Source of the DNA: Nostoc sp. DedSLP01
Lineage (GTDB): Bacteria > Cyanobacteriota > Cyanobacteriia > Cyanobacteriales > Nostocaceae
Length of the DNA stretch: 64,000 nucleotides
Assembly (NCBI GenBank): GCA_034530875.2
Contig: JAVRCJ020000010.1
Location: 160,001-224,000, forward strand
Reading direction: 5' to 3'
Shown here one piece after another: positions 17,593 to 26,690 of the stretch. Both the position numbers and the translations under genes were made by a program. Under the pieces are notes generated by a model. It saw only the letters and a list, made by a program, of their open reading frames with translations. It was not told the origin of the DNA and did no database searches. Every line of letters starts with the position of its first letter. The first letter of the stretch is position 1.

Positions 17593-20500
17593 TATGCTTT
17601 TCTCTCACCTAATCGGTTGATTTTTGCGAACAATTTATCTAAGTCTTGTTGGCTTAAGTTCGCACTGGGAAAATCAGATGGGGTATATTTTTCTGCTGGT
17701 AATGACTGAGAGTACCGATTCCCAGCGGGTGTAGGAGCAATTTCTCCATCACTAGAATCATTTTTAGTTTGCTTGGTCTGATTTAAATTTGCTGCTATTA
17801 CTAATTCAGCAATAGTTTGATGCAGAAACATTTGTTGAGAAGTTAACTTAAGACCTAATTGATTAGCTTTGGCAACAATTTGAATTGTAATAATTGAGTC
17901 TCCTGACAATTCAAAGAAGTTATCATGAATACCTACCTTGTCAATTCCCAAAAATTGTTGCCAAATATTAGCTAGAGTCTGTTCAATTTCGTTACGAGGA
18001 GCAACATAAGCATTTGCCAAGTTTGGACGTGGATGGCTGAGTTGGGCAGAATTTGTTTGCGATGTCTCTGATGACAGCCCTAAATCTTGGTCTAGATAAT
18101 TGAAAGATTTATTCTGTTCGATTACTTGTTGAAAGTCTTCGGTTGAGACAACAATACAAGGCAAATTAGTTAATAAAATGCGATGAAAAGCTTCAGCACC
18201 TTCTTGAGGTAGTATTCCTTTTTTGATATCTTCTTCACGTTGCAGCTTTAAGTATTCTGGTACTGCTGTCTCTACTGCCATCCCTACTTCTTGCCAAGCA
18301 TCCCAGTTAATTGCTACTGTAAATTCGTCAGACCAAGAAGCACGATAATTTGCATAAACATCCAAAAATGCATTAGCAGCACAATAATCTACCTGTCCAA
18401 ATTCACCTAAGATAGAAGTTTGAGCTGAACAAAGCACTAAAAAATCTAAAGTAATATTTTTTGATTTGAAAATTTCTTCTAATACTAATGTACCCTTGAC
18501 TTTTGGTGCTAAGACGCTGTTTGCTATATCCTCTGTTTTGAGTTGAATCATGCCACCGCCAGCAATACCAGCTGCATGGATGACGCCATTGATTTGACCA
18601 AATTTTTCTAAAGCTTCAGTAATAACTACCTGCATTTCTTCGTAGCTGGCAACATCAGCACATTTAATCTCAACTTCTGACCCCAATTTTTCAAGTATTA
18701 GCATTTTTTGGATCTTGCGGCTAATACTATCTTGAGGATCGTGATTTTCTAGCCATTGTTGCCACTGCGATCGCTCTGGTAGTCCCTTCCTACCAATTAA
18801 AATTAACTTAGCTTGTACTGTCTTTGCTAAATGTTCCGCCAGCACTAAACCTATACCGCCAAGTCCACCAGTAATTAAGTAAACTCCTGCTTGTTTTAAC
18901 TTAGTTTTACCTGGGGTATTTTCGTCTAAACGGATTGTTTCAAAGGTTGGAATCCAGCGATAATTTCCACGATAAGCAACTATATTTTCAGTTTCTTGTG
19001 TTGTTAATTCTGTAATCAGATATTCGACAAATTTTTGTGCCAGTGGAGTTTTAGCCGTAGGAATGACCGCATCAATCAGAGATGAATTAATATTGGGATA
19101 TTCTTTAGGAATTACCTTACAAACTCCTAATATTGTTGCCTTCTCTGGCCATAACTTTTCATCACCGATAATATTATATATATTATTAGTGACAATTCTC
19201 AACTTCAAATCATTGCTGATATTTTGTTTTCCTAATGCTTGTACTAAATACAATAAGCTCCAAAAGCCAAGATTTTGGCAAGTTTCAAAAGTGGGCAAAG
19301 TATCATTTGGTGTAATACTCCAAAAGTGAGCGATGATATTGGGAATTAAACTCTGTTTTTGAAGTTGTTCCAACAAAGTATTGTAGTCAGCTTTTTGCTT
19401 CGGGTTAATAGTGTATGTATGTTTTTCGGTCTGGCTAAATTTATCTGCCATCCTCACTTTAACTACATTTTGACTTTGCTGTTCGAGTCGGTTGACAACT
19501 GCATCGCCAACTCCATACTCATCGATAAAAACTAACCAGCAGGTATTTTTTTCAATTGCTTGTAATAATTCAATTGGTGTAGATTGTTTCCAAATTGGGA
19601 TATAAAACCAATCGCTGATATTTGGGTTTTTACCTAATGATTTTGGCGGTATTGTTGATAACGCAGTATCAGAATTAGCCTCAATCCAATAACGTTGGCG
19701 CTCAAAAGGATAAGTAGGCAAAGAAATATGTCTGCGTTGTTCGTGGGTATAAAAACCTGCCCAATTTATTGGCAATCCTGTTAACCAAAGCCGAGAGAGA
19801 GTATTCAGCAAAAATGCCACATCAGAAATTTGCTCTTGAGGATGCCGTAAAGAAGTTAGTACTAGATTTTGCGAACTTAACTGTCGTTTGGCTAGAGTAG
19901 TTAACGTGCGTCCCGGGCCAACTTCTAAAAATATTCGCTCTGGTTGTTGCAGTAGTTCGGCAACTCCCTCGCTAAATAATACCGATTGCCGTAAATGTTG
20001 AGCATAGTAGTTAGGGTCAGTTGCTTGCTCTGCTGTAATCCAAGTCCCTGTAACATTAGAAATAAAAGGAATTTGGGGTGGTTTCAAATTGGCTTCTCTA
20101 ACGTGTCGGACAAATGGTTCTAAAATCGGCTCCATCATTTGAGAATGGAAAGCATGAGATGTATGCAAGCGACGGCAATCTATACCTTTTTCAATCAAAT
20201 AATTTTGTAATGTTTCTATCGCTTCTGTAGCACCGGAAACCACACACAGAGACGGTGCATTACTCGCTGCTAAAGAAAGTTCTGAACCCAACATTGGCTG
20301 TATTTCTCGAGCAGAAATCGAAACAGAAAGCATCGATCCAGATTCGAGTTTTTGCATTAATTGTCCGCGAATTGCGACTAAAGTTAGTGCTTCTTCTAAA
20401 GAAAAAATACCCGAAATACAAGCCGCTACATACTCGCCGATACTGTGACCAATCATCGCTTGTGGATGCACGCCCCACGACATCCAAAGTTTAGCCAGAG

Positions 20501-22343
20501 CATATTCAATTACAAATAATGCAGGTTGTGTTAAAGAAGTTTGTTGGAGCTTTTTGCCTGTAGTTTCTAATGTTGTAGTGTAAAGTATATCTCTAATATC
20601 TAACTTTAAATGCGCTTTTAAAAATTCACAACAATCATCAACTTGTTGCCGAAAGATTGCTTCTGTTTCATATAATTCCCGTCCCATATTTACATACTGC
20701 GCTCCCTGTCCGGGAAACATAAATACAATTGGATGGTTACGGGTTTCTGAGCAACTGTTAAAAATGCCTTGTTTATCTGGTGCTGTTAGTATTTTTATAG
20801 CGTCTGAAATATCTTGGCACAACAACACTCGACGGTGATTAAAACTTTGGCGACCAACTTGCAAAGTATAAGCTACATCAGCAAGATTTAAATCTGGATG
20901 CTTTTGTAGATGATTAGCGAGGTTTTCTGTAGCAGTTTCTAGTGCTGTATTCGTCTTAGCTGAAAGTATCAATTGCTGATACTTTCTTCCCTGCTCCTGT
21001 GCTTTGCTACTCCCCTGCTGCGTTGGAGCTTCTTCTAATATTACATGGGCATTAGTACCGCCAATCCCAAAAGAGCTAACTCCTGCGCGTCTAGGATATT
21101 TATCTGCTTTCCATTCCGAAAGTTTATTGTTGATATAAAAAGGACTGTTGGCAAAATCAATTTGAGGATTTGGTTGCTCAAAATGCAAGCTGGGAGGAAT
21201 TTGTTTGTGTTTCAGAGCTAAGACTGTTTTAATTAAACCTGCAACGCCAGCAGCAGCATCCAAGTGTCCGATATTTGTTTTTAAAGAACCAATCGCACAG
21301 AAATTTTTCTTTTTTGTACTGCTTTGAAATGCTTGGGTTAGTGCAGCAACTTCAATCGGATCTCCTAAAGAAGTTCCTGTTCCGTGTGCTTCAATATAAG
21401 TTATTGTTTCTGGTTCCACTTCTGCAACAATTTGAGCCGTTTTGATAACTTTAGCTTGACCTTCTATGCGGGGTGCTGTGTAGCTAACTTTGTTTGAACC
21501 GTCATTATTGATAGCAGAACCTTTAATAACAGCATGAATAGAATCTCCGTCGTTTAGACTATCTTCTAATCTTTTCAAAACAACGATTCCTACACCTTCT
21601 CCACTCACAGTTCCCCGTGCTTTAGCATCAAAGGCGCGGCAATGTCCGTCAGGAGAATTAATACCTCCTTCGTTATAAAGATAGCCAGTTTTTCTGAATG
21701 CACTGATGGAAATACCGCCAACCAAAGCCATATCGCATTCACCATTGAGCAAACTTTGGCAGGCTAAATGTACGGCTACTAATGAGGTCGAGCAAGCTGT
21801 TTGAACTGTATAACTAGGCCCTGTTAAATTAAGTTTATAAGAAGTACGCGTAGCCAGGTAATCTTTATCACCTGCGATTACTATCTGACGTTCGTCTGTT
21901 GAATTTCTAATATTTTGATTCAAATAAATGTTTAGTAAATAACCGCTTAAGTTTGCACCAGCAAAAACACCTATAGTACCATTGTATGTTTCGGAATTAT
22001 ACCCAGCTTTTTCTAATGCTTCCCAAGCACATTCTAAAAAAATTCTGTGTTGGGGATCGGTCATTTCTGCATCTCTAGGATTGAAACCAAAAAAGGCAGC
22101 ATCAAAAAGCTCTACATCTTCTAAAACAGCATTGGCTTTGACATAATTGGGATTAGTAAGAAGCGCTGCATCTACTCCTGATGCCAATAATTCTTCGTCA
22201 CTGAAAAAAGAAATTGATTCTACGCCATTTTGGAGATTATGCCAAAATTCATCAAGATTTTTTGCCCCAGGAAATCTTCCTGTTAATCCAATAATTGCGA
22301 TTTCTGAACCGTTATGAGGATATGTTTCGGTTGGGATATTCAT
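17592..22343 (-). CDS. Type I PKS module KS-AT(malonyl)-KR-carrier with COM-type tail
   Basis: VQTACSTS, GHSIGEY, HAFHS, DYCAAN, carrier SGDSI, C-terminal YTPSDFP...LSQQDLDKL. Confidence 0.95.
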   Translation of the reverse strand: MNIPTETYPHNGSEIAIIGLTGRFPGAKNLDEFWHNLQNGVESISFFSDEELLASGVDAALLTNPNYVKANAVLEDVELFDAAFFGFNPRDAEMTDPQHRIFLECAWEALEKAGYNSETYNGTIGVFAGANLSGYLLNIYLNQNIRNSTDERQIVIAGDKDYLATRTSYKLNLTGPSYTVQTACSTSLVAVHLACQSLLNGECDMALVGGISISAFRKTGYLYNEGGINSPDGHCRAFDAKARGTVSGEGVGIVVLKRLEDSLNDGDSIHAVIKGSAINNDGSNKVSYTAPRIEGQAKVIKTAQIVAEVEPETITYIEAHGTGTSLGDPIEVAALTQAFQSSTKKKNFCAIGSLKTNIGHLDAAAGVAGLIKTVLALKHKQIPPSLHFEQPNPQIDFANSPFYINNKLSEWKADKYPRRAGVSSFGIGGTNAHVILEEAPTQQGSSKAQEQGRKYQQLILSAKTNTALETATENLANHLQKHPDLNLADVAYTLQVGRQSFNHRRVLLCQDISDAIKILTAPDKQGIFNSCSETRNHPIVFMFPGQGAQYVNMGRELYETEAIFRQQVDDCCEFLKAHLKLDIRDILYTTTLETTGKKLQQTSLTQPALFVIEYALAKLWMSWGVHPQAMIGHSIGEYVAACISGIFSLEEALTLVAIRGQLMQKLESGSMLSVSISAREIQPMLGSELSLAASNAPSLCVVSGATEAIETLQNYLIEKGIDCRRLHTSHAFHSQMMEPILEPFVRHVREANLKPPQIPFISNVTGTWITAEQATDPNYYAQHLRQSVLFSEGVAELLQQPERIFLEVGPGRTLTTLAKRQLSSQNLVLTSLRHPQEQISDVAFLLNTLSRLWLTGLPINWAGFYTHEQRRHISLPTYPFERQRYWIEANSDTALSTIPPKSLGKNPNISDWFYIPIWKQSTPIELLQAIEKNTCWLVFIDEYGVGDAVVNRLEQQSQNVVKVRMADKFSQTEKHTYTINPKQKADYNTLLEQLQKQSLIPNIIAHFWSITPNDTLPTFETCQNLGFWSLLYLVQALGKQNISNDLKLRIVTNNIYNIIGDEKLWPEKATILGVCKVIPKEYPNINSSLIDAVIPTAKTPLAQKFVEYLITELTTQETENIVAYRGNYRWIPTFETIRLDENTPGKTKLKQAGVYLITGGLGGIGLVLAEHLAKTVQAKLILIGRKGLPERSQWQQWLENHDPQDSISRKIQKMLILEKLGSEVEIKCADVASYEEMQVVITEALEKFGQINGVIHAAGIAGGGMIQLKTEDIANSVLAPKVKGTLVLEEIFKSKNITLDFLVLCSAQTSILGEFGQVDYCAANAFLDVYANYRASWSDEFTVAINWDAWQEVGMAVETAVPEYLKLQREEDIKKGILPQEGAEAFHRILLTNLPCIVVSTEDFQQVIEQNKSFNYLDQDLGLSSETSQTNSAQLSHPRPNLANAYVAPRNEIEQTLANIWQQFLGIDKVGIHDNFFELSGDSIITIQIVAKANQLGLKLTSQQMFLHQTIAELVIAANLNQTKQTKNDSSDGEIAPTPAGNRYSQSLPAEKYTPSDFPSANLSQQDLDKLFAKINRLGERKA

Positions 22344-22357
22344 GACTTATTAATTCT

Positions 22358-25300
22358 TTAATTATTTTCAAATAATTTTATTTTTTGCAAACGTTTTCTC
22401 TGTTGCGCTTTCCCAGATAAAATTTTCTCTGTTTCGATATCACTGTCTTGTAAAGGTACGGTTTTATTTGCAGATGAACTTAAATATTCTGCTAAAGAAT
22501 TGATGGTGGGATATCTAAACAAATCAAGAGTTGATAGTTCTGCCTTTAATATTTCCTGTAACTGGCTGTGAACTGTAACTAAAAGTAATGAATGACCGCC
22601 AATTTCAAAGAAATTATCATGAATGCCTATCTTTTCAAGATTCAAAGCTTGCTGCCAAACAGAGGCTATTGTTTTTTCAATCTCAGTTTGTGGAACCGCA
22701 TAAGCAACTTCTAATTCTGGGCGTAGACCATTCGGAATTGGCAATGCTCGACGATCTACTTTGCCATTGGATGTGAGTGGAAACGCTTCTAATATCATAA
22801 ATGCTGTTGGCATCATGTGGTCAAGCAATTTATTTTGTAAGAAGCGTCGCAATTCAGAAATTGTTAGTGTTTTGTCTGAATGAAGAGTTATATAAGCGAT
22901 TAAATTTTGATTTCCTGGCTTATCCTCCCGCACGATCGCCACACTTGCAGATACAGATGGATGCTGATTGATAACTCCTTCAATTTCTCCTAATTCAACA
23001 CGGAAACCTCGGATTTTTATTTGGTTGTCAATTCTCCCGATATATTCAATATCTCCACTTGCTAGAAAGCGAACTAAATCGCCTGTTTTGTAAAGGCGAT
23101 CGCCTTCTTGTTTGCTAAATGGATTGGGAATAAATTTTAAAGCTGTTAATTCAGGTTGATTCAAATAACCCCTAGCTAATCCCAGTCCACCAATGTGCAA
23201 TTCACCTACTACACCTGTTGGTACTGGTTGTAAGTATTTGTCTAAAATGTACAACTGAGTATTAGCGATGGGTTTACCAATGGGTATGGAACCTAAAGTA
23301 TATTTCCCGACTGGAACTTCATAAATACAGCAGCCTACCACCGTTTCTGTAGGGCCGTATTCGTTGATTAACATCGTATCTGGGGCTACATCTTGCCAGA
23401 AAGTTATACTTTCAGCTAATAAGTTTTCTCCACCAATAATAAAAGCTCTAGTTTTATTTGCTATCTCTTCTTGAGATAACTGTTGTTTCAACAAATCTAA
23501 GTGCGCGGGCGTGATTTTCACCAAGCTTAAATTCGAGCTTTTCTTTAAAGCTTGAGAAAGTGTTTCAATTCCTTGTTCTTCTGGTAATAATTCTGCTGTG
23601 CGGCCAACTAATAAAGGCGATAACAAACTGGTAATTGTTAAGTCAAAACCCAGAGGTGAATGAACTACAGTTCCTACTCCTTGTTCTACTGCATATCTTT
23701 GGGTAGCCCAAGTGAGGTAATTAACTAATCCTTGATGAGGAATCAGAGTTCCTTTCGGTTTGCCAGTAGAACCGGAAGTGTAAATAATATAAGCTAAATT
23801 TAACTCGGTTGTTGTAGTAATTAAATTCTCAATTTTTTGTTGACTTATAGCTTGCCAATCGCTATCGATACAAATGGCTTTAATTTCATTTGTAGCGAAA
23901 TCTGCCATTAAACGCTGTTGAGTCAGCAGGATTGGTATTTGAGAATCATTGATAATAAAAGCTTTTCTTTCTGAAGGATAGCTTGGGTCAATTGGTATGT
24001 ATGCACCGCCAGCTTTCAAGATGCCTAAAAGTGCAATTAACATTAAAGGCGATCGCTCTAGACAAATCCCCACCATAACATCTGGTTTTATGCCTAATTG
24101 CTGTAGGTAATGCGCTAGCTGGTTAGCACGAGTGTTTAATTCTTGGTAGGTTAGTTGCTGATTTTGATAAATAACAGCAATGTTATCTGAGGTGCGATCG
24201 CATTGAGCTTCAAACCAATGATGAATGCATTTATATTGTAGCTCTGATGTTTGAGTATTATTAAATGCAATTAACAGTTGTTCTCGCTCTTGTTCGCTGA
24301 GTATATCCAACCGCGAAATCTCTACAGAGGGATTGTCAATAACACTGAGTAACAAACTTTGCCACTGACTTGCTAAACGTTGAATATCTTCTTTATGGAA
24401 ATGTTTGGCATCATAGTGAAATTCTACTTGAACTAAATCATTTTGTCTGCGAACACAAGAAAGCTTTAGTTTAAATCTGTCAAAGCAGACGTAAGATTGA
24501 TAAATTGAAAATGCTACTTGATGAGCAGAATAATTAGTAACTGTTTCCTCAAACTCATAACAAAATGGTAAAACTAGCTCTTCTATATTATCTTTAGCTG
24601 TTTTGGCAAATACGTTCCAACTAAAGCTATCTTGCCATTTCAGTGTTTCATCTGTTAACTCTTTAACCTGCACTAAGCGATCGCTAAATGTATAATTATC
24701 TTTCAGGTCAGAAACAAGCGGTAAATATTTGCTAAATAAACCTAGTGCTGTTTTTAATTCTTCATAGCTGCGACCATCACAGCCTACACCTATAATTAAC
24801 TTTGATTGACCAGTAAGACGCCAAAGTAAAATTTGCCAACAAGTAAGGAAAAAGATATCTATTGAGACTTGGGATTTTTGGATAATTTCTTCAATTTTAG
24901 TAAGTAAATTTTTGGGAATCGCTAAGCTAATAACTTGAGGTTCAAATTCTGATTCTTCAGAAAAGCAATTCTCAAAAGCAAGCTTTAAATTATCCAGAGT
25001 TGAAAAATCTACTTTCTGCCAGTATTTTGTTCTGGTTGTAGTTTCTTCTGCCTCCAGTAATTCATTTTGCCAGGTAGCAATATCAGCATATTGTAGTGGT
25101 TCTTCATCTATTTCTATTTCTATATTTTGTAAGCAGGCAGTATAATATTGGCTAATTTCAGTAACTATATTTTTGAATGTTTTAAAATCCGTACACAGAG
25201 ATGGCAAATTTATAAATAAAATATACTTATTTGCTGAAAAATTTACTAAAACTATCTTTAATAAGTGATTTTCGCCTAATTTAGATGACTCTTGCCTGAT

Positions 25301-25612
25301 TTTATCGAAAAGGGTTTCTATCTCTATATTGTGAGGAGATTGACTTTCTAAATCATACTCATTTAAAAAAACATTAGTATGATTATTTATTACCTGAATA
25401 GGGATTTTTAACCCAGGTTGGCGATAAAAACTTGTGCGAAGAACTTCGTTCCTAGCAATAATTTTATCTAACGCTTGTTTCAATATATCTACTTGTAAAT
25501 TTCCCTCAATGAGAATACCACATTGATTTCGATAGAAATTACCACCTTGCTGTACTAACCAAAGGCGCTTTTGTTGAGGAGATAGTGGGAAACCCTGAAT
25601 TTTTTCTTGCAT
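22358..25612 (-). CDS. NRPS: interface-type (inactive C) domain - A (Asn) - PCP
   Basis: HHxxxDG replaced by LPSLCTDF. Code DLTKIGEVGK. PCP GGHSL. Confidence 0.9.
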   Translation of the reverse strand: MQEKIQGFPLSPQQKRLWLVQQGGNFYRNQCGILIEGNLQVDILKQALDKIIARNEVLRTSFYRQPGLKIPIQVINNHTNVFLNEYDLESQSPHNIEIETLFDKIRQESSKLGENHLLKIVLVNFSANKYILFINLPSLCTDFKTFKNIVTEISQYYTACLQNIEIEIDEEPLQYADIATWQNELLEAEETTTRTKYWQKVDFSTLDNLKLAFENCFSEESEFEPQVISLAIPKNLLTKIEEIIQKSQVSIDIFFLTCWQILLWRLTGQSKLIIGVGCDGRSYEELKTALGLFSKYLPLVSDLKDNYTFSDRLVQVKELTDETLKWQDSFSWNVFAKTAKDNIEELVLPFCYEFEETVTNYSAHQVAFSIYQSYVCFDRFKLKLSCVRRQNDLVQVEFHYDAKHFHKEDIQRLASQWQSLLLSVIDNPSVEISRLDILSEQEREQLLIAFNNTQTSELQYKCIHHWFEAQCDRTSDNIAVIYQNQQLTYQELNTRANQLAHYLQQLGIKPDVMVGICLERSPLMLIALLGILKAGGAYIPIDPSYPSERKAFIINDSQIPILLTQQRLMADFATNEIKAICIDSDWQAISQQKIENLITTTTELNLAYIIYTSGSTGKPKGTLIPHQGLVNYLTWATQRYAVEQGVGTVVHSPLGFDLTITSLLSPLLVGRTAELLPEEQGIETLSQALKKSSNLSLVKITPAHLDLLKQQLSQEEIANKTRAFIIGGENLLAESITFWQDVAPDTMLINEYGPTETVVGCCIYEVPVGKYTLGSIPIGKPIANTQLYILDKYLQPVPTGVVGELHIGGLGLARGYLNQPELTALKFIPNPFSKQEGDRLYKTGDLVRFLASGDIEYIGRIDNQIKIRGFRVELGEIEGVINQHPSVSASVAIVREDKPGNQNLIAYITLHSDKTLTISELRRFLQNKLLDHMMPTAFMILEAFPLTSNGKVDRRALPIPNGLRPELEVAYAVPQTEIEKTIASVWQQALNLEKIGIHDNFFEIGGHSLLLVTVHSQLQEILKAELSTLDLFRYPTINSLAEYLSSSANKTVPLQDSDIETEKILSGKAQQRKRLQKIKLFENN

Positions 25613-25639
25613 TTTTTCTATCCAAGCCTATACAAAATC

Positions 25640-26686
25640 TTAATTTTTACTAAAACTTTTCAGTTCGCCCATCGCAACAAAAAGCTTACGTTCTCCCACA
25701 TAAGGATTGCGGGCATGAGCAGTTAATACGTTATCTAGTAATAATATGTCTCCTTGTTTCCAAGGAAAACATACTTCTAATTTCTGATATACTTCACAAA
25801 TTTCTTGCATTGTAGAGTCTGAAATTATAGTACCATCACCGTAATAACAATTGCGTGGTAAATCTTCTTCTTTAAAAGTTGACACTAGCGATTCGCGGAT
25901 TTGTGTTTCTAAACAAGCTAAATGCCAATGTTGGGCTTGATTAAACCAAGAAAGTTCGCCTGTTTGAGGATGTTTAACTACAGCTGGGCGAATAGAAATA
26001 GTTCTTAAGCCACCATCTTTTCTCCATTCAAAATCTATGAAATTATTTCGACAAATATTTTCTACCTGTGCTTTGCTTTGAGTTTGAAAAACTGTTTGCC
26101 AGTCAAGCCCTAACCCATTTCTATAATTACGGACATACATAACTTGTTTTTCAACAAATTGTTCCCTAATTTTGGGTTTTATCAGTTGAAATACTTTACG
26201 ACTATCAACTATTGGAGTTTCTCCTCCTTGCTGTGCGGGTTGACAACAGCCGAACAAAATTTTTGCAGGCCATCGATGGTTAAAAGAATTTTCGTTGTGC
26301 CACAACAACTTCTTATCAGCAGGATAAAAAACAGGAGTATAAACTTGACCGCTGAGAGTTTCGCGGGGATGTTCGCCATTTTCTTTAAATAATTCCGAGC
26401 AAACGGCTAAAGAAAATCTTTCAAATGCAGCTGCTGTAGTAATATTAAATCCTTTAAAAAGGATAGCACCATATTTAATTAAATTTGTATCTATAAATTC
26501 TCGATTTGCTTGCGCCCAATCTGCAATATCAACATCTGATACAGATGGTTTGATAACCAACGGTAGGGTTTGCTCGTCTCCAAATTTATCTATTTTGATT
26601 AATTCAGATTCTAAATTAATAGATTTTCTACTAATTTTATGGAATTTTTCCTTGAAATTAGAATTGTTGATTTTTATTTCTTTCAT
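25640..26686 (-). CDS. TauD/SyrP-like Fe(II)/2OG beta-hydroxylase for PCP-bound Asx
   Basis: YGAILFKGF, LWHNENSF, GGETPIVD, WFNQAQHWH, DNVLTAHAR. Lies directly before the interface-domain module. Confidence 0.88.
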   Translation of the reverse strand: MKEIKINNSNFKEKFHKISRKSINLESELIKIDKFGDEQTLPLVIKPSVSDVDIADWAQANREFIDTNLIKYGAILFKGFNITTAAAFERFSLAVCSELFKENGEHPRETLSGQVYTPVFYPADKKLLWHNENSFNHRWPAKILFGCCQPAQQGGETPIVDSRKVFQLIKPKIREQFVEKQVMYVRNYRNGLGLDWQTVFQTQSKAQVENICRNNFIDFEWRKDGGLRTISIRPAVVKHPQTGELSWFNQAQHWHLACLETQIRESLVSTFKEEDLPRNCYYGDGTIISDSTMQEICEVYQKLEVCFPWKQGDILLLDNVLTAHARNPYVGERKLFVAMGELKSFSKN

Positions 26687-26690
26687 TTTA

